Shown: in pieces, positions 21,409-30,343 of the stretch
How positions within the stretch are numbered: position 1 is the stretch's first letter
How the letters are laid out: each line of letters begins with the position of its first letter
IMG/VR virus record: IMGVR_UViG_3300010885_031309
DNA: 64,000 bases
Strand: one strand, 5' to 3'
Source: a virus
Taxonomy: Duplodnaviria; Caudoviricetes
Program-made: the position numbers and the translations under genes
The notes under the pieces: model-generated
The model's database searches: none
What the model saw: the letters and a program-made list of their open reading frames with translations, nothing else
Told to the model about the DNA's origin: nothing

Positions 21409-24400
21409 ATGACCTATGCAGTTGGCCAAATAGTACAGGCTAGTGATTATAATCAATTTGTATCTACAATAAACACTGCATGGAGCACAGGATCTGGTAG
21501 TGCTGGATATGGACAACCACAGTTTACTAATGTAGCAGTTGGCGATCTAATACAAGCTAGACCAGCAACTCCAGTTCAGGGAAATCCAAACTCAAATATA
21601 CCACCAACTTGGAGCACTGCGCCAACTGCACCAGAATGGAGAACATTTGTCAATACTATTAATGCAATGTCTAAGCATCAGACTGGTTCTGATGCAGTTC
21701 TTGCTAATAGTTTTGCAGCAAGCGTTGATTATCCGGTATCAACAACGGCAACTGCTGGATTAATAGCACATTCAAGCACATTAAACAGCGCTCTTACTGC
21801 AATAACTGGTAATCAACGATTAAATGCCGCGGCACAGGGAACAACTACCACTACAGTAGTAACTAATAGCAGTGGAAATTGGAGTGATAGTGCTACATTT
21901 ACAATTACTGTAGATTTCAAAACAGTTAACAGAATAAGATATTATTTTAATGCTGGTGGACAAATACGATTTGGCATGAGTCACAGTGGATCAGCTTCAC
22001 TGGATAACTTGTTTGCAAACATAGCCAATGAAGCTGGACAAATATACTTAAGCAGTACCAATACAACTCCGCTGACACTTGCTGGTCAAAGTTATGGTGG
22101 AGTAACAAAAGTAGGTGGAGTCGTCAGCGGTAGAACAACAATTAATAATCTAGGATTTTATGAGTTAACTAGTACCAGCACTCAAATATTCAAGCAAACT
22201 GGTAGTTCACCAGCAACAAATCAAACTGCTAACAGTTTTATTTCTATAAGTGCAGCACATGACGGTGCCGGAAAGTTAACTTTTGTTGTAAAGTGGGACG
22301 AAGTTCCCAATGGTCTTAAAATTAGCAGTGGATCAATTGTTAACATGAGTTTGTTGCCACCAAGCACAGCAAATATCGTCAATACCTGGGGCACTCCAGA
22401 AATTGCATCTACAGTAACATTAGTTCAAGCTCCAGCATGTGCTACCCCAACTGTTGGTGTGGTGACTCCAAATGTATTTCAGGGATTTGTTGAATATAGT
22501 GGATCTATCACTGTAGCAAATGCAACTGGCGCCGCGATAATATCTGGATTACCGTCAGGAGTTTCTATAGCTAGTCAGGGCGCTGAAGGCACTGGATACA
22601 AGTTTACACTAAGTGGAAAACCGACACAGACACTTCAGATATATGACATAAGAGTGACCGCGCAGAATGAAGTGGTTGATTGTGAGCCTGCATATACTCC
22701 AACTCCATCAGTTTCTGCTGGCACAGGAACTGTGGCAGCCCCGCCATTATGTGCGACTCCAACAATCGGAGATCTATCAAATACTACTCTTCAAGTGGGC
22801 GTGGAATATTCTGCATCACTTACTATTACAAATGCTGTCATACCAGTTACTATTAGTGGAGTTCCAAGTGGAGTAGTTGCGACTCAAACTAGAAACGGAA
22901 CAACTGTAACAATTAATCTAAGTGGAACACCAGTTACCGCTGGAGCGATAACAATGTCAGTTACTGCATCTAATACTGGCGCAGAATGTACCACTTCAAC
23001 TGCCAGTAAAGATTTCTCACTATCAGTAACTGCTGCCGTTAGTGTCACTATTATTCCAGATATCTATACAGTAAACGAGGGTGGAAGTGTAGTCTTTACT
23101 TATACAATTAATAATCTTCCAAATAAAACCATATTTTATAGAGTTGAAGCCAACGACAATCAACCAGAAGTCACACCGGCGGATTTTACTGGAACTACTA
23201 ACGGAACTATTATTACAGAACCGACTGCGACTATGACTGGAACTATACCCATAAACATAGCGGCTGATCTCGCAACTGAGCCAATAACTGAACGGTTTAG
23301 ATTAAAATTCTACACTAATAGCGGATATACAGAATTTTTACAAACCAGTGCATTTGTAACAATCACTGATTCATCAAAGGCAGGATGTGTCGCTCCAAGT
23401 ATTAGTGACACCGTGTTATCTCCCGGTACTGCTCAAGCTGGAGTACAATATAATGGAGAACTTATAATTAAGAATGCAACTTCTGCTAGTATTATATCAA
23501 TTCTTCCCGCTGGGTTAACTGCAGGTAGTTCTGTATTGTCTGGAAGCTCAGATCGCAAAATTGCAATTAGTGGAATTCCAACAAGTAGTGGAACTTTTGA
23601 AATAAGAGTTTTTGCTTCTAACAGCGGTGCAGACTGTGGAACAACATCAACACCTCAGGTGGGTTTGATAGGTGGGTCATTAACTATATCAGCACAGTCT
23701 ACACCAACTATCACACCAAACAAAACATCTGTTACTGAAGGAGAGACTGTAGTATTTTCTATTTCTACCGCCAATACTAGTGTTACTAATGGAACCACTG
23801 TGTGGTGGGCCGCGCATGGTATTGGTGGTGCAACTCCGGAAGATGCAAGTATGCCCTATCCTCCAATGGGATCTGTAATAATTAATAACAATGCCGCAAG
23901 TATATCTTTAACAATTGCCACGGATACTATTACTCCCGAAACTGGAGAAGCTGTAAGCATAAGATTATATTTGACAGAAGCTGATAGAAATCAATTTGTT
24001 AACCATATAGTAGAGTCTCCACAAGTAACAATAATTGATGTACCTCCTACAAACCCTTGCGCAACACCTGAATTTGCCGCTACTAATTTGCCAGCCGGTC
24101 AAGTAAATAGTGTGTACCGTGGAACTATTGCTTACTTAAATGTAACTAACGCACTGACTGTTAGATTCTCTCCAGATAATAGCGGACTTAGTGCTGTAAT
24201 AGGAGGTGCTGGTTCTGGAACTATAACTATCGGTGGAACACCCACGACTACTGGAATCGTTACTGTCAATGTGTCTGCAAATAATTCTGGATCAGGTATA
24301 CCTTGCACTACGTCTTCTGCTAATGCGTCATATAACATTTCAATTAATGCTCAGGGTTCATGTGTCGCTCCAACATTCAGCACACTATCCTCTACATCGT

Positions 24401-24705
24401 TTAAGCCTGGAGTAGAATATTCTGGTACAATAACCGTTAGCAATGCTACTTCAGTAACGGTATCTGGACTTCCATCTGGATTAAGCTCATCTGCGTCTCC
24501 GACCGGTGCCTTCAATCAAATAATAACTATTAGTGGAAAACCAACAGTTAGCACAAGAGGACAATCATTTACTATAACAGTAAATGCAACAAATGCATGC
24601 GGCGGAGGATCTATTACCAGTACTTCAAGTAATACTTACGGCATTACTGTACAACAGGCAGACACTTGCCCATCTCCAACATTTGGAGCTTTAACTGATA
24701 ATTAA
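21409..24705 (+). CDS. tail fibre/appendage protein with five Cys-bracketed Ig-like repeats and two Calx-beta-like domains
   Basis: N-terminal MTYAVGQIVQASDYN fibre-type start. Repeats as in the 4705-aa protein. TVNEGGSVVFT and SVTEGETVVFS domains. Ends 12 aa into a sixth repeat. Confidence 0.8.
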   Translation: MTYAVGQIVQASDYNQFVSTINTAWSTGSGSAGYGQPQFTNVAVGDLIQARPATPVQGNPNSNIPPTWSTAPTAPEWRTFVNTINAMSKHQTGSDAVLANSFAASVDYPVSTTATAGLIAHSSTLNSALTAITGNQRLNAAAQGTTTTTVVTNSSGNWSDSATFTITVDFKTVNRIRYYFNAGGQIRFGMSHSGSASLDNLFANIANEAGQIYLSSTNTTPLTLAGQSYGGVTKVGGVVSGRTTINNLGFYELTSTSTQIFKQTGSSPATNQTANSFISISAAHDGAGKLTFVVKWDEVPNGLKISSGSIVNMSLLPPSTANIVNTWGTPEIASTVTLVQAPACATPTVGVVTPNVFQGFVEYSGSITVANATGAAIISGLPSGVSIASQGAEGTGYKFTLSGKPTQTLQIYDIRVTAQNEVVDCEPAYTPTPSVSAGTGTVAAPPLCATPTIGDLSNTTLQVGVEYSASLTITNAVIPVTISGVPSGVVATQTRNGTTVTINLSGTPVTAGAITMSVTASNTGAECTTSTASKDFSLSVTAAVSVTIIPDIYTVNEGGSVVFTYTINNLPNKTIFYRVEANDNQPEVTPADFTGTTNGTIITEPTATMTGTIPINIAADLATEPITERFRLKFYTNSGYTEFLQTSAFVTITDSSKAGCVAPSISDTVLSPGTAQAGVQYNGELIIKNATSASIISILPAGLTAGSSVLSGSSDRKIAISGIPTSSGTFEIRVFASNSGADCGTTSTPQVGLIGGSLTISAQSTPTITPNKTSVTEGETVVFSISTANTSVTNGTTVWWAAHGIGGATPEDASMPYPPMGSVIINNNAASISLTIATDTITPETGEAVSIRLYLTEADRNQFVNHIVESPQVTIIDVPPTNPCATPEFAATNLPAGQVNSVYRGTIAYLNVTNALTVRFSPDNSGLSAVIGGAGSGTITIGGTPTTTGIVTVNVSANNSGSGIPCTTSSANASYNISINAQGSCVAPTFSTLSSTSFKPGVEYSGTITVSNATSVTVSGLPSGLSSSASPTGAFNQIITISGKPTVSTRGQSFTITVNATNACGGGSITSTSSNTYGITVQQADTCPSPTFGALTDN
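22567..22622 (+). repeat. 56-bp exact direct repeat, copy 2
   Basis: Identical to 17406-17461. Confidence 0.9.
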
Positions 24706-24723
24706 ATGTTCAACAACTATGAA

Positions 24724-24731
24724 TATAAATA
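24724..24731 (+). promoter_or_regulatory. T4-type late promoter TATAAATA
   Basis: Exact T4 gp55 late consensus, 17 nt upstream of ATG 24748. Confidence 0.75.
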
Positions 24732-24747
24732 ATACGGGAACTTAATT

Positions 24748-26118
24748 ATGCCGCTTACTGAAGGTCAATCATATTCTGGATATATACAGCTTGCAAATGT
24801 AACTAGTGCATCGCTATCATCAGGTTCATTGCCTGAGGGTATAACTGGTGGATTTGATCCAGCTACGCAAAAATTTAATTTGACAGGTACACCAGCCGCT
24901 GGTACTGGTGGTAATTCATATACTTTTGCTATTAGTGCAGAAAATAACTGCGATTCTTCATATAAGGTTCCAAATATTGCTATAAGTAATAATTACAATG
25001 TAACAGTACAGTCTGGAGCAGCAACTCCAGCACAAGCACTGAAGTTTTTCTACGACAATACTATCAAGTTAATGGCTCGTGATATTGATAATGTTCAATC
25101 CTGGGTTTCGGGTGGTCGTAATCGCAGAGATGGGTCATTTAATACAGCACAAATGATCAGCGAAAATAATACAAATTATGAGCTAGCTGTTGCCGGAAAT
25201 ACTGCATTCACTGATGGTCAATGGGGAGCAATTAAATCAACTAGAGCAACAACAGTGTTGGCAATTGGTCTTGGTATTGATGAATACTCAAACAGTCCCG
25301 TGGGCAGTGTAAAAGCGTGGAGCGATCTGACATGGAATAGTCCCACTGACTTATTAAGTATTATACCTCGTCAATACCCAGATCAAAATATTGGAACTAT
25401 AGTTCGTGAGTTTGGTTTTGGTGTAGGAGTGTTTAATGTTCCTAAACAACTATCTACGTTTAGAGATTTAACTATTAGTGTATCCAATGGATGTTCTCCA
25501 ACAAATGACAGATTGACCAATCTTCATTTGGCTTTTATTCCCGGAAATTGGAGGGCAACATCGTCTTTTGGCCCAGCAGATGCAGCAATTGTTGTTGGGT
25601 CTGGAGGTTACACTACAGTATATAACGGAATGTTTACTGTAACAAAGCATGTTACAGTGTCGGTTACTATTCCTCCAAACTCATTTGCTCTTCTGACTGG
25701 AGCTGCGGCTGGAACATTAATTAATGGATCTGATGAATTTTTTAATCCAAAATATAATATTATCGGCGGCAATGTAGTAGCATATGAAAGAATTTCTGAT
25801 GACGGTGGCAATCAGATGATAGTAGACTCAATAATTTGTAATACAAGTTCACTTTCATCACCCGTAATTTTTAGATTACCATATGCGGTTTCATATGAAG
25901 ACCCGGATAATGGCACTATAGAGAATCTGGGACAAATTGGAGAAAAATTTTCAATTAATATTTTTGAGCCCAACAGTAACTTTACTGGTCTTATCACAAG
26001 ACAGACCTCACATCCATACTTGTCAACATGCAGCAGTGGAGGTGGCGGCGGTGGAGGTGGCGGCGGTGGAGGTGGCGGCGGTGGCGGCCAAAATCCTCCT
26101 GAGCAGCAGGAACAATAA
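24748..26118 (+). CDS. virion appendage protein: N-terminal partial Ig-like repeat, unknown body, poly-Gly tail
   Basis: 456 aa; begins with the remainder of the repeat left unfinished by the upstream gene; 17 consecutive Gly near the C-terminus. Confidence 0.75.
   Translation: MPLTEGQSYSGYIQLANVTSASLSSGSLPEGITGGFDPATQKFNLTGTPAAGTGGNSYTFAISAENNCDSSYKVPNIAISNNYNVTVQSGAATPAQALKFFYDNTIKLMARDIDNVQSWVSGGRNRRDGSFNTAQMISENNTNYELAVAGNTAFTDGQWGAIKSTRATTVLAIGLGIDEYSNSPVGSVKAWSDLTWNSPTDLLSIIPRQYPDQNIGTIVREFGFGVGVFNVPKQLSTFRDLTISVSNGCSPTNDRLTNLHLAFIPGNWRATSSFGPADAAIVVGSGGYTTVYNGMFTVTKHVTVSVTIPPNSFALLTGAAAGTLINGSDEFFNPKYNIIGGNVVAYERISDDGGNQMIVDSIICNTSSLSSPVIFRLPYAVSYEDPDNGTIENLGQIGEKFSINIFEPNSNFTGLITRQTSHPYLSTCSSGGGGGGGGGGGGGGGGGQNPPEQQEQ
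26041..26088 (+). repeat. 15-bp tandem repeat (ggtggcggcggtgga) x3 encoding poly-Gly
   Basis: Read directly from the sequence; third copy ends ggc. Confidence 0.9.
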
Positions 26119-26148
26119 TTACTTTACTTACTAAATTAAAAATCTATT

Positions 26149-27576
26149 ATGAAATACATAATTTCTTTTACAAACAATACAACTCAGGAACATGTAGAAC
26201 AATATCTACAGACCAACAACATTACGGTCACAGAACATTTAATAAATTTGGGTCATGTGTATGTTGGTGATACGGACAGTGTTCCCCCACCTGATCAATT
26301 AATTGATTTCATTATGGAAAATGAATTAGCGCAGATCAGCTTAATGTCTGTATCTCCTACATCTTGTGCAGAAATTGACACCGCTAATGATGAAAATTGG
26401 TGGAAACTTTCTACTATAAACATCAGTGACTTTGAAGCACAGCGCATCAATCACTGCAAAAATATAACGCCAGTTGATGTTTATGTCATGGACAGTGGTA
26501 TCAACCATGAACATCCGGAGTTTGCAAATGTTGATATTCAGAATGTATATTCATATGACGGAACATTTAACGATTTAACTGGACACGGAACGGCAGTTGC
26601 ATCATTGATTGCAGGAAACACATTAAGTTTAGCAAATGTAAATCTAAAAATAGTAAAAGTTATTGGACAAAACAATCTCTACTTACTTGATTTATTGCGA
26701 GCACTTGATGCAATTATTGGAACAGCAAGCGCTAGCGAAAATATTGCAGTGGTCAATATGAGTTGGATATGTTCAAAGTTTAGTTTCTTTGACGCTCAAA
26801 TTGAAAAGCTTTTTGCTAAAAACATACTAGTAGTATGTGCTGCTGGAAACAATAATATGGATGTATCATTCTTTAGTCCAGCATCAATTGACGCGGCAAT
26901 TTGTGTTGGAGCATACGATCAGAATTTTAGACCATGCGATTATGCAAATTATACTGGAGCAATATCAACCTCTACGTCTTTATCTAATCACGGAAATATT
27001 GATGTATGGGCGCCAGGAGATGCTATTAAGGTAGCCACACTCACTGGTGAATATGCTGTTGCAGGAGGAACATCACTGGCGGCAGCAATACACACTTCTG
27101 CCGTTGCATATGCACTTGGAAGTTATTACAATTTAGGAACAGTTCCAATACATAAAAACTTTAATTTTTATACAGTTGTTGCAGGCATGTTAGCTTCTTA
27201 TAATTATGGATTAGTTGACTTTAGTCAGACACAGGGACAATATTCAAATATTATTAATTCAAGGACCACTACAGTTAAATCTCAGATTAATAAAGCAACT
27301 GATGTATTAATGTATGACACTGCAAATAAATTTATTGTAAAAAATAATGGTCTGACATTTGTCAAGTGCATGATTACTAACTCAGTTACTGATGTTACAG
27401 TAACAGGATTACCAAATGGACTGTCACTAACAGATGGTTGGATAGTTGGAAAAACAATCGTTGAATTCCCGCAAGATGAACAGATCACGCAATTGACATA
27501 TGAAGCAACGGTCCAGTACAGTGTACAAAACACTAGGTACACACTACCACTCACAATTGTTGTAAGGAAATCATAA
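26149..27576 (+). CDS. subtilisin-family (S8) serine protease with N-terminal propeptide and C-terminal Ig-like segment
   Basis: Catalytic motifs VYVMDSGI (D), GHGTAVASL (H), AAGNN (oxyanion N), GGTSLAA (S). C-terminal VTGLPNGLSLT. Confidence 0.9.
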   Translation: MKYIISFTNNTTQEHVEQYLQTNNITVTEHLINLGHVYVGDTDSVPPPDQLIDFIMENELAQISLMSVSPTSCAEIDTANDENWWKLSTINISDFEAQRINHCKNITPVDVYVMDSGINHEHPEFANVDIQNVYSYDGTFNDLTGHGTAVASLIAGNTLSLANVNLKIVKVIGQNNLYLLDLLRALDAIIGTASASENIAVVNMSWICSKFSFFDAQIEKLFAKNILVVCAAGNNNMDVSFFSPASIDAAICVGAYDQNFRPCDYANYTGAISTSTSLSNHGNIDVWAPGDAIKVATLTGEYAVAGGTSLAAAIHTSAVAYALGSYYNLGTVPIHKNFNFYTVVAGMLASYNYGLVDFSQTQGQYSNIINSRTTTVKSQINKATDVLMYDTANKFIVKNNGLTFVKCMITNSVTDVTVTGLPNGLSLTDGWIVGKTIVEFPQDEQITQLTYEATVQYSVQNTRYTLPLTIVVRKS

Positions 27577-27577
27577 T

Positions 27578-27877
27578 ATGAATTTCATTCAAAGATTGAA
27601 ACAAAGAAAAGAAGATGTTGCAAATGGAATTAATTCTGCAACTGATTACATCATAAAGAATGTCACAGAGGTTGCGTCTACTGTAGTAGAGACAGTAAAA
27701 GAGAATGTTATACAGCCAATAGTAGAGTTAGATGAAGCTGTGGTAAATCAACGCTTTGAAACATGTCTCAAGTGTGATAGATTTAACCATGAAACACAAC
27801 GATGCAACGAGTGTGGCTGTTTTATGAAGATTAAAACCAAATTCACTCAAGCAAGTTGTCCACTTAATAAGTGGTAA
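27578..27877 (+). CDS. small Cys-rich protein (DUF6171-like)
   Basis: RFETCLKC...RCNECGCFMKIK...SCPLNKW pattern. Confidence 0.7.
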   Translation: MNFIQRLKQRKEDVANGINSATDYIIKNVTEVASTVVETVKENVIQPIVELDEAVVNQRFETCLKCDRFNHETQRCNECGCFMKIKTKFTQASCPLNKW

Positions 27878-27891
27878 TTTACTCAAAACAC

Positions 27892-27920
27892 TTGAAAATC
27901 AATTCCAGATAGAGTAAGAT
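27892..27920 (+). promoter_or_regulatory. sigma70-like promoter TTGAAA-N17-TAAGAT
   Basis: Immediately upstream of ATG 27928; marks the switch from structural to accessory genes. Confidence 0.55.
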
Positions 27921-27927
27921 ATCGTGC

Positions 27928-28110
27928 ATGAACGATGACACTTTATTTGATTTCAGTAATCTTCCTCCAAAAAAACGCAAGAATGTCGTAGACGATGTGC
28001 GAAACATTCTTATTGTGGAATTTTCAGGCGATAAAGCGGGAGAATTGGAAGCAAAACAACTATTTGAAGAACTGCGTCAGCGCGGTTACAAGATTAAGAT
28101 AATGACATGA
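27928..28110 (+). CDS. hypothetical protein
   Basis: 60-aa ORF, ATGA overlap with the next gene. Confidence 0.6.
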   Translation: MNDDTLFDFSNLPPKKRKNVVDDVRNILIVEFSGDKAGELEAKQLFEELRQRGYKIKIMT

Positions 28111-29228
28111 ATACCTCAAGAACTTACGAAGTTACACTAAAAACAGAAGCACCAAATGACTTCTATTGTTTGAAAGCCGCAAACAGTGTTGATTTGGATA
28201 TAGAGAAGAAGTTAACTCATCATCTAAAAGTCACTGCTGACATTGATACCAGCTACAACATTGGGCTGATCATAGGCAACAGTGGTAGTGGTAAGACAAC
28301 TCTAGCGAAACATATCTGGGGCGATGAGTGCTTTGACACTCTGTTAGACAAAGATCGCGCAGTCATTAGTCAATTTGACGAGTGTTATAGTTATGACGAG
28401 CGTGTTCAATTCTTGAGTGGAGTTGGATTAGCAAGTCCCACATGCTGGATCGCTCCAGCTAAAACACTGTCAAACGGTCAGCAAGCTAGAGCAGAAATAG
28501 CATTACAAATGGCTCGCACTGACGGTAAGTTTACTGTTATTGATGAATGGACCAGTGTTGTAGATAGAACTGTTGCCAAAGCAATGAGTCATGCCATTCA
28601 AAAACATGCTCGCAAAACAAACAAAACTCTTGTCCTACTAAGTTGTCATTATGATGTAGTAGAGTGGCTGAACCCTGATTGGATTATTGACTGTAATCTT
28701 CAGGAGTACACCGACCGGAGGTCACTTTGTCCGGGGTTTACCAGATCCGAAAAACTTGTTTTCGGGATTAGACAGCTTACGGACTCAAAAAGTTGGAGTG
28801 TCTTTAGCAAGTATCATTACCTAACTGATACACTGCCGCCCGGAAAAACACTGATGTTTGGGTTGTTTCACGAAGACACTCAAATAGGTTTTATAGCATA
28901 CAGCAATTATGTAATGTGGAAAAAAGAACACAAAGATCGGGGTTTGCCAATGGTCATGCATGCCAACAGAATAGTTGTACATCCAGATTATTGTGGATTT
29001 GGTCTTGGCGGTAAGTTGACAGACATTACTGCTGATTACATGCAGAACACACTAGGCTACGATGTGCAAATAAAACTAAGCAGTGCCAGTATGGCCAATC
29101 TACTAAAACGAAACACACGATGGGAACTGCGTGATGTTAGTAGAAATGTCAATAACATATGGGGCAATCACAAGGGTCGTGTTGGTCGCATAGATGTTAA
29201 GACATATAGTTTTAAATTTCATGGATGA
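28107..29228 (+). CDS. soluble ABC-type ATPase fused to a GNAT acetyltransferase-like domain
   Basis: Walker A GNSGSGKTT, signature LSNGQ, Walker B VIDEW, H-loop SCHYD. C-terminal NRIVVHPDYCGFGLG is a GNAT motif A variant. Confidence 0.85.
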   Translation: MNTSRTYEVTLKTEAPNDFYCLKAANSVDLDIEKKLTHHLKVTADIDTSYNIGLIIGNSGSGKTTLAKHIWGDECFDTLLDKDRAVISQFDECYSYDERVQFLSGVGLASPTCWIAPAKTLSNGQQARAEIALQMARTDGKFTVIDEWTSVVDRTVAKAMSHAIQKHARKTNKTLVLLSCHYDVVEWLNPDWIIDCNLQEYTDRRSLCPGFTRSEKLVFGIRQLTDSKSWSVFSKYHYLTDTLPPGKTLMFGLFHEDTQIGFIAYSNYVMWKKEHKDRGLPMVMHANRIVVHPDYCGFGLGGKLTDITADYMQNTLGYDVQIKLSSASMANLLKRNTRWELRDVSRNVNNIWGNHKGRVGRIDVKTYSFKFHG

Positions 29229-29231
29229 ATT

Positions 29232-29417
29232 GTGAACATTGTAATGAACCGCTTAACCACACTGTTAATATTGTTGATAATTAATCTGCTACTAACTGCA
29301 TTTATTTTTATTTTTGGTATACAGTTTAGCACAGACATTAGAGTTGAGTGTTCAAAATGGGTTGAAATACAAACAGGTCAACATACATACAGTGAACGAC
29401 TCTGTTCTACTCTTTAG
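29232..29417 (+). CDS. small membrane-anchored protein
   Basis: Hydrophobic N-terminal helix (LLILLIINLLLTAFIFIF). Confidence 0.5.
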   Translation: MNIVMNRLTTLLILLIINLLLTAFIFIFGIQFSTDIRVECSKWVEIQTGQHTYSERLCSTL

Positions 29418-30255
29418 ATTGTTTACGATTCTTATATATCCAAATGATCAGTGGTATAAGAATGGTAGTTGAAATCCACTGCCAATATTTTAACAACCAC
29501 TGATATGCAATTTGAGTGGTGGTTATTTCAATATCTACTGTCTTCTTTAAAGTTTTGATATGATGCTCGGATTCTTCACCATTAAGCTTTATTAATGCGG
29601 TGATACCAATATCTATTTTATGTTTGCCAGCAGTGAGTGGTTTTAATGTCCATAGCCAACTGGTGTTTTGACTGCTACTTAATATCTGTCGTTCTGGTGT
29701 AATGTTCTTAACTTCAAATGCTGGCGCTGTTATATTAGCGATTAGTATTTTGCTGACTAATACTTGATTAGAGTAAATCTTACCACTTTCTGTCAAATCT
29801 TTTTCTAAGTTCTGTAATTCTTTCTGTAGATTGATTAATAATTCAATACGAACACTGTCATTGATGTTTGCTTTATCTGGTACAGAGAATGACATGTTTG
29901 CTGTACGCAATTGATTTGCTATATCGTCTTCGGATTGTGGTAATACGGTATCAAATTTTTTTGGAACTTTTAATAGTTTTGCAGTTGATGAATTTTTATT
30001 GGTGTTGCGAACAATTGCTGGTGATTTTTCTTCTACTGGTATTACAGCAACTGATGCTGGTCTAACGATTTGAGGTGCTGGAGCTGGCGATCTAAAAATT
30101 GCTGTTGGAGCAGAACGAGATTCCTTTTCATTAGAGTGACCGGAACTTGGCGGATCAGTGTTTATTGTTTCTATGCTTTGTTCAACAACTGTTGGTTTAG
30201 TAATTGTGGAGCATCCAGACAACAAAAACAGCAAGAATAATATTCTGAATAACAT
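29407..30255 (-). CDS. lipoprotein with C-terminal transmembrane helix
   Basis: Signal MLFRILFLLFLLSG|C (lipobox LSGC), Pro/Ser linker, beta-rich domain, WQWISTTILIPLIIWIY TM then basic tail. Minus-strand CATAAATA at 30267-30260. Confidence 0.8.
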   Translation of the reverse strand: MLFRILFLLFLLSGCSTITKPTVVEQSIETINTDPPSSGHSNEKESRSAPTAIFRSPAPAPQIVRPASVAVIPVEEKSPAIVRNTNKNSSTAKLLKVPKKFDTVLPQSEDDIANQLRTANMSFSVPDKANINDSVRIELLINLQKELQNLEKDLTESGKIYSNQVLVSKILIANITAPAFEVKNITPERQILSSSQNTSWLWTLKPLTAGKHKIDIGITALIKLNGEESEHHIKTLKKTVDIEITTTQIAYQWLLKYWQWISTTILIPLIIWIYKNRKQSKE

Positions 30256-30302
30256 ATACTATTTATGGCGCTACTGATACAAATAATTTGGCTTAAAAAT
30301 AC

Positions 30303-30332
30303 TTGACTTCTGAAGTCAGGTTGTATTAGAAT
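30303..30332 (+). promoter_or_regulatory. sigma70-like promoter TTGACT-N18-TAGAAT, followed by an ATAAATA late motif, upstream of tmRNA
   Basis: Sequence at 30303-30337, about 10 nt before the tmRNA acceptor piece. Confidence 0.55.
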
Positions 30333-30343
30333 AAATACTTGAT

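Noticed and set aside
24703-24747. Translational bypass (T4 gene 60-like) or stop read-through joining the two fibre ORFs
   Set aside because: There are two in-frame TAA stops and no take-off hairpin, and a perfect late promoter in the gap favours independent expression.
1190-25997. Many short minus-strand and alternate-frame ORFs in the track (e.g. 16328-16834, 17024-17320, 3592-3918, 25608-25811)
   Set aside because: They lie antisense to long, motif-bearing genes and have no RBS or motifs; expected shadow ORFs.
16374-26118. Diversity-generating retroelement acting on the fibre genes
   Set aside because: No reverse transcriptase in the window, and repeat differences are not restricted to adenines; the one near-identical block is exact.
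25937-26134. Alternate-frame ORF with an AAVEV repeat
   Set aside because: It is the poly-Gly 15-bp repeat read in another frame.
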